The notes: generated from the sequence alone by a model not told the origin. Shown: positions 1 to 9,930, counted from the first letter of the stretch. The stretch: 34,295 nt of DNA from Archangium sp. (GCA_031367385.1 JANLPS010000209.1:1-34295); one strand, 5' to 3'. Made by a program: numbers and translations.

Positions 1-2
1 AT

Positions 3-1658
3 CGCGCTCCGTGGCTCCTGACCGTGTCGCTGCTCACCGCCTGTGAAGGAAGCATCGATATTCGGGGCGACCTGACCGATGTCACCCCTGGCATCGAGGC
101 CCCCCAGCTGGCGCTCCGCTGCAAAGCGCCGGGGCAGGGCACCTCGGCGAAAATGCGATTGCTGTGGAAATCTGCGTATTTGGCTGAGCTGGGCGCTCGC
201 CTCGGCCCGGGTGCGGCGACGGTCGCAGAGACGGTTGGGCTCTCGCCGGCCACCGACCGAAACTTCACCTTCGAGACCGCTGGCTCGCTTCAGACCAACG
301 TGACCCTCGAGTCGCTGGCCGATACCGCCGACGCGGTGGCCGCCTGGTCGTTGTCGACCGATGCGGTCGCCCAGTCGGTGTACGGCTGCGCGGCTCGCAC
401 CGTCACGGGCGCCCAAGCTGAGGCCTGCTTCACGACCTTCTTGAGCACCACGGGCGCCCGGCTGTTGCGCCGCTCGCTCAGCTCGAGCGAGGTCGATCAG
501 CTGCTCACCTTCTTCAAAGCCGAGGTGCTCAAAGGTGAGACCGACGGCGTGCAAGAAGGCTTTCGCCAGGGCCTGGCGAGCTTGCTGGTCGACCCCGACT
601 TCTTGTACCTGCGCGACGTGCCCCAGGGTCAGGGCTCGCAGCTCGACGCCTTTTCGCTGGCCTCACGCGTCTCGTTCGCGCTGACCGGCCGAGGCCCCGA
701 TGACGAGCTGTTCAACGCCGCGCGCGATGGCTCGCTGAGCCGCCCCGACGTGCTCAAGACCGAGGTCACCCGCCTGCTGCAGAGCCCCGACGCCCGCGCC
801 CGCTCGTTGGCGTTCTACCGGCAATGGCTCGGGTACGACCGCGGCAGCTTCAGCTACAGCGCCGGCTTCTTGAATGGCCTCGACGCGACCGGCCTCAAAG
901 ACGCGTCAATCGCCGAGCTCGATGCGTTCGTGAATGAGGCCACCTGGTCGAAGAAGGGCACCCCGGCACAGCTGCTCACCTCGAACAGCGTGGCGCCGCT
1001 CACCAAATCGCTGGCGCTCATCTACGGAGCGCAAGAAGGCGCGACCACCTTGCCCGACACCCGCGCTGGGTTGCTTACCCGTGTCGGCATGGTGGCCTCG
1101 GGCGGAGACGACTGGCACGTCGTCGCGCGCGGCCTGGCGGTGGTACAAAAGATTCTCTGCAAAGACATCCCTCCGCCGACCATCAACGTGGCCGACGCCA
1201 TCAAACAAGCCGAGTCGCTCAAGGTCTCGAATGTCGACCGAATCAAGAGTGTCACCGCCGGTGCGGCGTGCGCTGGTTGCCACACCACCATCAACCCGCT
1301 GGGCGCGGCGCGGGCAGACTTCGACGCGGTGGGCCGCACGGTGACCGTCGAGAAACACTTCACGGGCGGCGTGCTCGACTACGAGGTGCCGGTCGTCTCG
1401 ACTGCTGACCTGTCGGTGCCGCTGGGCCGCGAGGTCACCGCCAAGGGGTCGGTTGACCTCTCGAACCTGGTCGCCACGATGCCTGAGTACGACAGCTGCT
1501 TCGCCGCGCAGTACACCCGCAGCGTGCTCGGCCGCGCCGACACCACCGACGGGTGCGTCGAAGACGAAGGGGCCAAGGCGATTTTCAAGGGCGGCTCCAT
1601 CGTCGACGCGATGACCGCCGTGATGACCTCACCCGAGCTGACGCTGTGGAGAGACTAA
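3..1658 (+). CDS. DUF1592/DUF1588/DUF1595-type lipoprotein with a CxxCH motif (5'-partial)
   Basis: The frame is open from the window edge (RAPWLLTVSLLTA|CEG, lipobox). Family-like segments include LASRVSFALTGRGPDDEL, FYRQWLG, RAGLLT, CAGCH..INPLG and a C-terminal SPELT. A DUF1552 gene follows 4 nt later, which is the usual pairing. Confidence 0.85.
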   Translation, partial: RAPWLLTVSLLTACEGSIDIRGDLTDVTPGIEAPQLALRCKAPGQGTSAKMRLLWKSAYLAELGARLGPGAATVAETVGLSPATDRNFTFETAGSLQTNVTLESLADTADAVAAWSLSTDAVAQSVYGCAARTVTGAQAEACFTTFLSTTGARLLRRSLSSSEVDQLLTFFKAEVLKGETDGVQEGFRQGLASLLVDPDFLYLRDVPQGQGSQLDAFSLASRVSFALTGRGPDDELFNAARDGSLSRPDVLKTEVTRLLQSPDARARSLAFYRQWLGYDRGSFSYSAGFLNGLDATGLKDASIAELDAFVNEATWSKKGTPAQLLTSNSVAPLTKSLALIYGAQEGATTLPDTRAGLLTRVGMVASGGDDWHVVARGLAVVQKILCKDIPPPTINVADAIKQAESLKVSNVDRIKSVTAGAACAGCHTTINPLGAARADFDAVGRTVTVEKHFTGGVLDYEVPVVSTADLSVPLGREVTAKGSVDLSNLVATMPEYDSCFAAQYTRSVLGRADTTDGCVEDEGAKAIFKGGSIVDAMTAVMTSPELTLWRD

Positions 1659-1662
1659 ACGC

Positions 1663-3267
1663 ATGGCACGCCTGACCCGCCGAGAGATTCTGAAACGATT
1701 CGGGCTGACCGCGGGCAGCCTGCCCTTGCTCGATGCGCTGGGCCGCAAGGCCTGGGCGGGTGGCCCCGATGGAGGCACCGACGCTGGCACCTACACGCCG
1801 CCGCCCAAGCGCCTGGTCTGCATCTTCATCGGCCACGGCATCTTCGCGCAGAACTGGGTGCCGTTTCAGCCTTCGACGATGCCGATTGGCACCGACTCGC
1901 CTGGCAGCATGCTCAAGGCGGCCAAAGACTACCTGCGCCCGGTGGCCTTTCAGCAGGGCCAAAACTGCAAGATCATCGACCTCGACCCGTACACCGGCGC
2001 GCTCAGCCCGATCTTCAGCGCGAAGTGGCAGGGGCTCAAAGCCAAGACGGCCTTCATTCACAACCTCGGCTGCTCGAACGATTTGATTCAGGGGCACACC
2101 AACACCGCCACGCTGGGCGGCTACAAGAACGCCGACACCATCACCGGCGTGCCGTATGGCACCGTCTTCACCGGCGAGACCATCGACGTGGTCGTCGGCC
2201 GCAAGCTCAACGGCCAAGACCCGTTGGTGCTCAAGGCGCCCGACACCGTCGATGACGTGCGTTTCTTACAAGACGCCTTCAGCCCGAGCGTTCACAAGAC
2301 CGCGACCGGGTACGAATTCGTGCCCTCGTTTCGCGACCCCCGCTCCGTGTGGGACCGCTTGTTCTCAGGGTACATGCCGCCGGTCACCGGCCCGAAGAAG
2401 CGCGACCCCACCGATCGCCGCATCGCGCTGCTCGACCGCACCTTGAGCCGCATCAGCACCATCAAGACCGACTCGCGGCTCTCGGGCTACGACAAGCAGC
2501 GGCTCGAGACCCACTCCGGGTTTCTCGAGGGGCAGCGCACGCACCTGCAGTCAATGAGCTCGATACCGATGGTAAACCCGGTCGTGCCGCCCCAGCGGGT
2601 CAACGACAAGGGCATCAGCGACACCGGCGACACCTTTGCGGTCGCCAAGGCCAAGCTGGTGCGCGCCACCTACCAAAACGCGTCGGCGGCCATCAAGATG
2701 AACAAAGCCCAGGTCGTCACCATCGACGCTGGCCTCGAGAACGGGTGGGTGACCGAAGGCATCGCGCTCGACGGCAACTACCACGGGCAGGGCGGCCACC
2801 TGGCGAACCCGTCTGACGCGAACATCGAGGCGATTCGGCAGGTGCAGCAGTTGCACTTCGACGCCATCGCCGACTTTCTGCTCGACCTCGACGTGCTCGA
2901 AGACCCGGTGAGCGGCGCCACCTACCTCGACAACACGCTGGTGATGATCGGCACCGAGCACGACGGCCGGCCCAATGGGCACCTCCGCGCTGGCCTCAAG
3001 TCAGTGCTGATCGGCGGCTTTGGCACCTTCAAGACCGGCCGCATCTACGACTTCTCGAACCCCGCCTGGTGGAACCGAGAGAATTACGATTTGACGACGG
3101 GCGTCTACCCCGGCTTCTCGTACGGCCGCTTGCTGCGCACCGTTCAAGACTCGTTTCAGCTGACCGCCGCCGAAAAAGCCCAGATGGACATTCAGGCCAT
3201 TTATCACGACTGGTGGCAGACGGCCGACATCACCGACGCAGACAAGCCGCTGCCTGGGCTCACGTAG
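1663..3267 (+). CDS. DUF1552 family protein with a twin-arginine (Tat) signal
   Basis: N-terminus LTRREILK..G, then PPKRLVCIFIGHG, TIDVVVG, LSGYDKQRLETH and TYLDNTLV. It lies directly downstream of the DUF1592-type gene. Confidence 0.85.
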   Translation: MARLTRREILKRFGLTAGSLPLLDALGRKAWAGGPDGGTDAGTYTPPPKRLVCIFIGHGIFAQNWVPFQPSTMPIGTDSPGSMLKAAKDYLRPVAFQQGQNCKIIDLDPYTGALSPIFSAKWQGLKAKTAFIHNLGCSNDLIQGHTNTATLGGYKNADTITGVPYGTVFTGETIDVVVGRKLNGQDPLVLKAPDTVDDVRFLQDAFSPSVHKTATGYEFVPSFRDPRSVWDRLFSGYMPPVTGPKKRDPTDRRIALLDRTLSRISTIKTDSRLSGYDKQRLETHSGFLEGQRTHLQSMSSIPMVNPVVPPQRVNDKGISDTGDTFAVAKAKLVRATYQNASAAIKMNKAQVVTIDAGLENGWVTEGIALDGNYHGQGGHLANPSDANIEAIRQVQQLHFDAIADFLLDLDVLEDPVSGATYLDNTLVMIGTEHDGRPNGHLRAGLKSVLIGGFGTFKTGRIYDFSNPAWWNRENYDLTTGVYPGFSYGRLLRTVQDSFQLTAAEKAQMDIQAIYHDWWQTADITDADKPLPGLT

Positions 3268-3269
3268 CC

Positions 3270-4514
3270 GTGGCTTCACCCTGGGCGAGGCTGTCGCGCA
3301 TCGCGGCAGTGGTGCTCATCACGGCGTGCGAGGGGCACGTTGGAGGCGACGGTTTCGTCGACGCCTCGGTTCGCGATGCAGGTCAACCGACGACGCCTGA
3401 TGGCGGCGCCAGCGACGCGGGCTTCGATGCGGGGGCCATGGCCAGCACCGATGCCGGTCGGCCCGATGCGGGCATCACCTTCGACGCCGGCCCGCCCGAC
3501 ACCGGAGTGCCCGATGCCTCGACCCGGCCTCCCGGGTTGGTACCGATGTTCGTGGTCTCGGGGTGGGAGGGCCGGCTGGTGAGCTCGTGCGACGACGGCC
3601 GCACCTGGGTCGCCAACGACGAGCCCCACACCACCACCGGCGGCGAGTTCAACGACAAGGGCATTGCGTACGCACAAGGCGTGTTCATGCAGATCATCGG
3701 CTGGGGCGCGCTGTGCTCGTTCAAGCGCACCGTCGACGGCGTCACCTGGCAACACCTGAGCTTGGACGACGTGGGCTTGCCCCCAATGGCGGAGTGCGGC
3801 GGCATCGCGTCGACCGGCGACGGCTTCGTGATGCTTCACGGCCCCTCGGGTCAGGCCTTTCTGTCGTCTGACGCGGGCCTGCGCTTCTCGCTCATCGGCG
3901 CGTTCGACAACCACGAGTACATTCGCGACGTCGGCGGTGGCGGCCCCGTGCCAGGCGTCATCGGCGCCGGCGGCGGCAATGACGACAAAGGCGTGCTCAA
4001 GAACCCGCCGCACTTCAGCGTCGACCGCGGCCTGACGTGGAAAGAGACGCCCGGCTGCTCGACCTTCAACGCCGTGAGCGTGGGGCAGAACGGCGGAGTG
4101 GCGTACGGCAACCACCGGCTGGTCTTCGTCGGGTACCGGGGGCAGGTCTGCGTCACGAGTGACCTGGCGACCTTCTCAGAGGCGCAGCTCGATGTGAGCA
4201 GCTCGGTCGTCATTCAGGGCCGCGCCAGCTTCGCCGGAGGCCGGTTCTGGGTCGGCAACGGCGGCACGCTCTTCGTGAGCCCCGACGGCCTGAATTGGGA
4301 TGCGGGCACCTTGCCGAGCGGCATGCAGCTGCACACGGTGGCCAGCAGTGACGAGACCGGGACGTTGGTCGCGTTCAACCAGGGCACCAGCGCTTTTTAT
4401 CGAAGCATTGATCACGGCGCGACCTGGTTGCCTGCGACCGGGCCCGGCACTGGCCCGAACCTGGGCCGCATCGTCTTCGGGTACGGGCAGCCGTCGGCCA
4501 ACTGCCCTCCGTAA
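3270..4514 (+). CDS. lipoprotein with Asp-box/BNR-like repeats (probable beta-propeller)
   Basis: GTG lies 2 nt after the upstream TAG. Lipobox LITA|C, then a DAG-rich linker, then Asp-box-like motifs SCDDGRTW, TVDGVTW, SVDRGLTW, SPDGLNW and SIDHGATW. Confidence 0.75.
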   Translation: MASPWARLSRIAAVVLITACEGHVGGDGFVDASVRDAGQPTTPDGGASDAGFDAGAMASTDAGRPDAGITFDAGPPDTGVPDASTRPPGLVPMFVVSGWEGRLVSSCDDGRTWVANDEPHTTTGGEFNDKGIAYAQGVFMQIIGWGALCSFKRTVDGVTWQHLSLDDVGLPPMAECGGIASTGDGFVMLHGPSGQAFLSSDAGLRFSLIGAFDNHEYIRDVGGGGPVPGVIGAGGGNDDKGVLKNPPHFSVDRGLTWKETPGCSTFNAVSVGQNGGVAYGNHRLVFVGYRGQVCVTSDLATFSEAQLDVSSSVVIQGRASFAGGRFWVGNGGTLFVSPDGLNWDAGTLPSGMQLHTVASSDETGTLVAFNQGTSAFYRSIDHGATWLPATGPGTGPNLGRIVFGYGQPSANCPP

Positions 4515-4601
4515 TCTCCTCTCACCTCACGCCGATCGCGGCCGAACCGAGCCCACCTGCGGCGCGAGGCTGGGGCTGTGAACAGGCCCGGCGGTTTCAA
4601 G

Positions 4602-5381
4602 TCACGACAATGACTGGAGCGTCGAGCGCAGCCACCGAACGGCCTCGGTCAACGCCTCATGCGAGAACGCCCGAATCGGCCAGGTCGGCGTCATCACGCT
4701 CGCTGCGCCCACCGCCATTCGCTCGAGCCGCGAGGCCGTCACGACGGCCACGCCCGTTCTCACCGAGCTCGACTGCGCCCGCAGCGGCGCGAGCCACTTG
4801 GGGGCCGAGGCGACCTTGGAGACCGACAACCCGGCGCTCGGCTCGATGATCAACAGCACCGCGTGGCGCAGCCCGGTGTCGAGCAGCTGCTGTTGCCAGC
4901 TCATCAACGCGCGCAGCTCGGCCTCCGAAGGCGCCAGTTGCACCACCAGCTGCACCAACGGCAAGTCATCGAGGCTGCTGACGAACGCGCCGCTCAGCGC
5001 CCCGAGCGCCGCCAGCCGCATCGCCGTGAGGCCCAGCACCTGCGCGGCATGGTCGATGTCGAAGGGCTTGTTGAGGCGCGCGTGAATCGTGCCGTCGTCG
5101 AGCTCGGTCTGCAGCCCGGTCGGCTCGTCGGTCATCAACACCCGCCTCACCAGGGGAAATTGGTTCGCCACCGAGGTCAGCAGCTCGACGCCGTTTTCGC
5201 CTGGCATGTTGAAGTCGCTCAAGACGACGTCGAAGGGGTAGGTCGAGAGCAGGGTACGGGCCTGCGAGGCGCTCTCGGCGGTCGAGACGTCGACGTTGCG
5301 GCGAAAGGCCTTGGCCAGCGAACGGCACACCAGCGGCTCGTCATCGACGATCAGCAGGCGGGGTTTCGCGGCGGTGCTCAC
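4602..5381 (-). CDS. response regulator: N-terminal receiver domain plus a non-DNA-binding C-terminal domain (STAS/SEC14-like?)
   Basis: Receiver motifs LLIVDDEP, DVVLSDFNMPGENG and KPF are present. The GTG start overlaps the upstream TGA (GTGA). The C-terminal domain call is tentative. Confidence 0.75.
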   Translation of the reverse strand: MSTAAKPRLLIVDDEPLVCRSLAKAFRRNVDVSTAESASQARTLLSTYPFDVVLSDFNMPGENGVELLTSVANQFPLVRRVLMTDEPTGLQTELDDGTIHARLNKPFDIDHAAQVLGLTAMRLAALGALSGAFVSSLDDLPLVQLVVQLAPSEAELRALMSWQQQLLDTGLRHAVLLIIEPSAGLSVSKVASAPKWLAPLRAQSSSVRTGVAVVTASRLERMAVGAASVMTPTWPIRAFSHEALTEAVRWLRSTLQSLS

Positions 5382-5950
5382 TCGTTTTCGAGCCTCCACC
5401 GGCGCGCGACCGGCAGCAAACCAAAAACCATCAGCGCCATGCCGAACAGCACGCCACCCACCGAGCGCAGCCGTGGCGCTGGTCGCCCTTGAGTCAGCCT
5501 TGGCGTACCATCGGGGCCCCGCTGCGGCTCGACGAACGCGATCAGCGTGGGTGGAGCGAGGGTCGTTTCAAGGTCTGCCGTGTGCTCAGCGAGAAAGGCC
5601 TGGCGCTTCTGCGGCGAGTCGAGACGCTGAAGCTCGGCGTTGGCCGGCGCGACGAAGGCTCGAGGTGCATCGCCCGAGCTCTTCAGCGGCACGAGCAGCT
5701 GCCCTTGATGCACCTGGCTGCGCTCAAGGTCGAGCCGGCAGCCGGTGAGGGCCACCCACCGGGGCTCCAAAGCAGGCACCGCCGACAGAAACGGCTCACA
5801 CGGTTGCTCGGCCGGCTGGGCATGCACGGTGTCATTCAAATCAGAGACGCCGCGCCAGACGAAGCCGAGGCCGGCCGCGATGAACAAAAACGTACCCACC
5901 GAGGCGCCAAGCCCGCCATCTCCCAGGAGTACCCGCCTGGTCTTCGACAC
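5378..5950 (-). CDS. hypothetical membrane protein with two TM helices flanking a soluble loop
   Basis: Hydrophobic stretches near both termini. Tightly packed between the phosphoesterase and response regulator genes. Confidence 0.65.
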   Translation of the reverse strand: MSKTRRVLLGDGGLGASVGTFLFIAAGLGFVWRGVSDLNDTVHAQPAEQPCEPFLSAVPALEPRWVALTGCRLDLERSQVHQGQLLVPLKSSGDAPRAFVAPANAELQRLDSPQKRQAFLAEHTADLETTLAPPTLIAFVEPQRGPDGTPRLTQGRPAPRLRSVGGVLFGMALMVFGLLPVARRWRLENE

Positions 5951-5954
5951 CCCC

Positions 5955-7541
5955 TCAGCCCACCGTCAGCGGCCAGGAGATGCGCAGCAGCATTCGCGCG
6001 GGGCACTGTGGGTACACGCACCACACCCGCTGGCCTTCACGCTGGAGCGAGATCGGCCGCTCCTTGCCGCTGGTGAGGTCAGTCGCGCTCGCGAAGGGCA
6101 CGGTCTGAATCGGGCCCAGGTCGACCGACAGCGTGGCCAGCTCGCAGCGGCTTCGGTTGAGCAGCTGCACGAATTCGTAGGCGGTGCCCGCTCCGTACCG
6201 CCGCTCGGCCTCGCCCGCGGTGGTGACGGCGCCGCCCTGCACGACCCACTGGCTGACGCCGTCCAACGGTATGCGCACGCGGGCGGGCACGGTGGCGTCA
6301 TCGAGTGGCAACCCATCGAAGCGCAGCTGCGTGACGCGAGCCCCTGGCGGGCCACTGACGACCTCCCAGTACTCTTTCATGTACGCGCTGGGCGTGGCTT
6401 TCACCCGGCGGTGCACCACCAGATCTTGCCGCTCGAAGAATTGCAACGAGGGGCGCACCTCGAAGCGGGCCTCGTTGAGCGCCAGCGTGGCATCGAAGGG
6501 TTGGGCGCTGACCGTGGGCCGTCGCACCGACCAGCTCAAGCCGTCACGGGCCGCGCTGATCAGCGGCTTGAGCGGGTTGACCCGCGAGGGCTCGTACGGA
6601 GACCACGCCAACTGCTGCACGTCGATGCCGTCGTCGGTGAGGTCGAGAATGTTGAGCGAGGGCCACAGGCGGGGCGACTCGTCGAAGTCACCGTCTCCGA
6701 AGACCGTCGCGGTGCCGCAGCTGCCCGCCGAGGCGATCAGCAGGTCGCCTTCATCGGCCTCGAGGCCTTTGAGCAGCCGCGCCGTCGGGTAGTGCTTGTG
6801 CCCATGCAGCACGACCACCGCGCGCCCCAGCTGCTGCAGCGTGCTCAGGGCGGTGCCGGCACCGAGCGCGGTCATGGTGAGCTCTTCGCGGTCGCCATTG
6901 CCGATCAAATCGGGGAGCACCTGGCCGACGAGATACTTCTGCCACCAGGGCCGGCCTTCGAGCCCGATGAGCGACGTGTCAGTCACCGGCGTGGGGATCA
7001 GGTGGTGGTGCAGCAGAAACAGTACCGGGCGATCATTCGAGCGGGTGCGCAGTTGATCAGCCAGGTTGATCAAGTCGACCTGTCGAATCAGGCCACCGGC
7101 GGTGACGAAGCCTCGCGGCAGATAGGTCGAGTCGTAGCAGGCGATGTCGGCGGCGATGCCCGGCACGTCGATGAGCTTGCCCAAGAAGGGCGCGTCGAGC
7201 CCGAGCACGGTCACGTGGCGAAACAGGGTCAGGCGGTGAGCCAGGCGCTCGAAGAGCTCGCCGCTCCAGGGTGAGAACACGCCTTGATCTCGTCGGTCGT
7301 GGTTGCCCGGCAGAATCAGCGTGCGCACCCCTCGCAGCTCGCGGTCGAGGCGCTCGAAGAAGGCCATGAACCGCTCGATCATCGACGGGTCGGCGGTGCT
7401 CGAATCGAAGACGTCTCCGGTCAGCACCAGCAGGTCGATTTTCTGTTCTGCGAGGGCGGAAATGAGCCCGTCGAGAATGACCGGCTGCAATCGGTCGTCG
7501 CTGCCGAAGTGCAGGTCTGAGAGGTGCGCGAGGCGGCTCAT
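5955..7541 (-). CDS. calcineurin-like metallophosphoesterase with a C-terminal extension
   Basis: Motifs HLSDLH, TGDVFD, PGNHD, LLHHH and LHGHKH are all present. Confidence 0.85.
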   Translation of the reverse strand: MSRLAHLSDLHFGSDDRLQPVILDGLISALAEQKIDLLVLTGDVFDSSTADPSMIERFMAFFERLDRELRGVRTLILPGNHDRRDQGVFSPWSGELFERLAHRLTLFRHVTVLGLDAPFLGKLIDVPGIAADIACYDSTYLPRGFVTAGGLIRQVDLINLADQLRTRSNDRPVLFLLHHHLIPTPVTDTSLIGLEGRPWWQKYLVGQVLPDLIGNGDREELTMTALGAGTALSTLQQLGRAVVVLHGHKHYPTARLLKGLEADEGDLLIASAGSCGTATVFGDGDFDESPRLWPSLNILDLTDDGIDVQQLAWSPYEPSRVNPLKPLISAARDGLSWSVRRPTVSAQPFDATLALNEARFEVRPSLQFFERQDLVVHRRVKATPSAYMKEYWEVVSGPPGARVTQLRFDGLPLDDATVPARVRIPLDGVSQWVVQGGAVTTAGEAERRYGAGTAYEFVQLLNRSRCELATLSVDLGPIQTVPFASATDLTSGKERPISLQREGQRVWCVYPQCPARMLLRISWPLTVG

Positions 7542-7612
7542 GGGCGAGGCGACGACTTACCAGCCGGCGAGTCGGTTGCACCACGATGTCGCGATGTACC
7601 TGATGCCAAACC

Positions 7613-8002
7613 TCACTCGAGGGTGATCGTGGTCGAGCCGGAGGTGCAGTCGGTGCCGCACACTCGCTGCCCTGTCTTCATCATCGATACCGTGAACTCA
7701 CCAACGAATGACTCACCGCTCGCGGCCCGCACCGAAGCCTTGACCACCGTGCCATCACCGAGGCCGTACAACGTGACGCGATCCACTCCGCAGCCTTCAG
7801 TACCGACGCCGCCGTCAGCAGGGCGACAGTCGAGCTCGAGGGGCCCTGCGCCTGGCGCCGTGATGGTGCCGCTCGATGGAGCCAGTCGCTGACCATTCGC
7901 GCCGCTCAGCACCAAAACGAATTGAGAGAGGCAAACAGCCTGGCACTGACCGCACCCCGAGAGAGACACCCCAACCCCGACCAGCAGCAACGCCAAGCGC
8001 AT
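7613..8002 (-). CDS. small Cys-containing lipoprotein, hypothetical
   Basis: ATG start, hydrophobic signal ending LSG|C, and paired cysteines. Confidence 0.65.
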   Translation of the reverse strand: MRLALLLVGVGVSLSGCGQCQAVCLSQFVLVLSGANGQRLAPSSGTITAPGAGPLELDCRPADGGVGTEGCGVDRVTLYGLGDGTVVKASVRAASGESFVGEFTVSMMKTGQRVCGTDCTSGSTTITLE

Positions 8003-8171
8003 GTGCGCAGGCGTAGCACGACACGACTGCGTTCTCGCAGAGTCGCTCCGAGACGCAGCGCCACAAACGGCCCACGGCTGCTGTCAGGGTGAGGGAGACC
8101 TCGAGCCCGCGCGAGAACCCGCCCGCCGCGCGGAAGTTGCATGCCTGGGCCTGCAGACGTAACTGGGGCCG

Positions 8172-8666
8172 ATGATTCGTGTCTTGGGCCTCGTTGTGGT
8201 GGTGATCAGCGCCTGTCGCGCGCCTCCGAAGGCGGGCTCCTCATGCGCGGAGACAGAGCTGCCGCTGTGCGCTGACACCCAAACAGCCCTGGTCTGCGAC
8301 AACCACTTCTGGGCGGCCAAGAACTGCGGCGCCGCGTGCACCGAGGCCGGCGGTCGAATCACCTGCAGCGGAGAGGGCGATGTCTGCTCGTCAGGCACCG
8401 TCTGTTCTTCGCCCAACAAGGGGCTCGACTGCTTCAGCGGGAGGTACGCCGCAGTCGATTGCAACGGGCCCGCGGGGTGCTCGGGCACCGCGTGCGATCA
8501 GTCGACCGCCGCTGAGTCGAGCCGCTGCCTCACCGCCAACGAGGGCTCCGGCGCCTGTAACTTGAACCACGACGCCGTGCTGAGCTGCACCCACGGCTTC
8601 TGGGTGAAGAGCCAGCAATGCAGGGCCTGCGCAGTCTCGAGCGGCGAAGTCGTCTGCACCAAGTGA
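8172..8666 (+). CDS. Cys-rich lipoprotein with three 6-Cys repeats
   Basis: Signal MIRVLGLVVVVISA|C followed by 18 further Cys in three similarly spaced groups. Confidence 0.75.
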   Translation: MIRVLGLVVVVISACRAPPKAGSSCAETELPLCADTQTALVCDNHFWAAKNCGAACTEAGGRITCSGEGDVCSSGTVCSSPNKGLDCFSGRYAAVDCNGPAGCSGTACDQSTAAESSRCLTANEGSGACNLNHDAVLSCTHGFWVKSQQCRACAVSSGEVVCTK

Positions 8667-8676
8667 AGCGCCGCGG

Positions 8677-9927
8677 CTACTTGGTCGGCAGGTTCGAGTC
8701 GGGCTGCTGCGCTCGGCGCTTCTCGACCAGCCACACCAGCAACACGCCCAGCTCGTAGCAGAGCAACATCGGCCCGGCCATCAGCGAGAGGTTCACCGCG
8801 TCGCCGGTAGGCGTGATGATCGCCGCGACGATCAGGCAGACCACGAAGGCATGGCGCTGGTACTTGAAGAGAAACGACGACTTCACCAGCCCCACCATGC
8901 CGAGCACCATCATCACCAGCGGCAGCTCGAAGATGACGCCGAAGGCCAGCTCGAGCACCAGCACCAGGGTCAGCTGCTCGGTCATCGAGAGCATCGGCTT
9001 CGTCCAGTTGATGCTTTCGGCCTTCGCCTTGCCGATGCCCAGCAGCCGCTCGAGCCGCCACACTTCGGCCAGGTCGTTGGCGCGGTCAGGCGAGACGCCG
9101 CCCAGCAGCGCCGCTGCCTCGTCGCACAGCCGCAGCGAGGTGTCGAAGTCGCGAGCGCCGAACGCCGCGATGGCCTCGAGCCGCTTGGCCATCACCGCCT
9201 CGAGCACGTCGCGGGCGGGGTTGCCGAACCCGGTGCGCGCGGCGTCGATCAACCGGCCCAGGCCCTCGAGCCGGGTGATGGTGTCGAGGCTGGCCTTGGG
9301 CACCAGCGTCAGGCCCATCATGCCGTCAGTCGTCTGCCCTTCGCCTGCAGCCTCGATGTCTCCGATGGCTGAGCGGGCCAGCGCCCCCGCGCGGTCGATG
9401 TCGCCCAACATCAGGTAGCGCACCGCGTCTTCTTCACGCAGCTTGGCGGTGTTGATGCGGCCCTCGATGGCGGTGACGTCTTCTTTCTGCAGCAGAAATT
9501 GAAACATCTGCGGCAGCAGCACGAAGTAGCAGAACGAAGCGCCGGCCATGAAGGCCAGAGTGCCCACCACGATGAAGGGCCCGGCCAGCTTGCGCTCGGC
9601 CTCGTACAGCCCGGGCGAGATGAAGCCCCAGATCTGCCAGAGCAGAATCGGCGTACTGGCGAAGACTCCGGCGTAGAGGCCGATCTTCATCAGCACGTTG
9701 ATCTCTTCAATCGCCGACGTGTAGACCAGCGAGGCGGCGTCGGGCGGCAGGGCCAGCAGCACCGGGCGCATCAAGAACCCGTAGATCTCTCGCGCGAAGA
9801 TCAGCGAGGCGGCCCCGGTCACCACCACCGCGATGGTGAAGCGCAGCAGCCTCGTGCGCAGCTCCGAGAGGTGCTCCATCAGGCTCATCTTGAAATCGTC
9901 GGGGGTCCCCGTCGCCGGCGCCGTCAT
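8677..9927 (-). CDS. tatC: twin-arginine translocase subunit TatC with a large loop insertion
   Basis: MSLMEHLSELRTRL, WQIWGFISPGLYEAER, FELPLV, AAIITPTGD and LLCYELG. Adjacent to tatB. Confidence 0.95.
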   Translation of the reverse strand: MTAPATGTPDDFKMSLMEHLSELRTRLLRFTIAVVVTGAASLIFAREIYGFLMRPVLLALPPDAASLVYTSAIEEINVLMKIGLYAGVFASTPILLWQIWGFISPGLYEAERKLAGPFIVVGTLAFMAGASFCYFVLLPQMFQFLLQKEDVTAIEGRINTAKLREEDAVRYLMLGDIDRAGALARSAIGDIEAAGEGQTTDGMMGLTLVPKASLDTITRLEGLGRLIDAARTGFGNPARDVLEAVMAKRLEAIAAFGARDFDTSLRLCDEAAALLGGVSPDRANDLAEVWRLERLLGIGKAKAESINWTKPMLSMTEQLTLVLVLELAFGVIFELPLVMMVLGMVGLVKSSFLFKYQRHAFVVCLIVAAIITPTGDAVNLSLMAGPMLLCYELGVLLVWLVEKRRAQQPDSNLPTK

Positions 9928-9930
9928 GAG

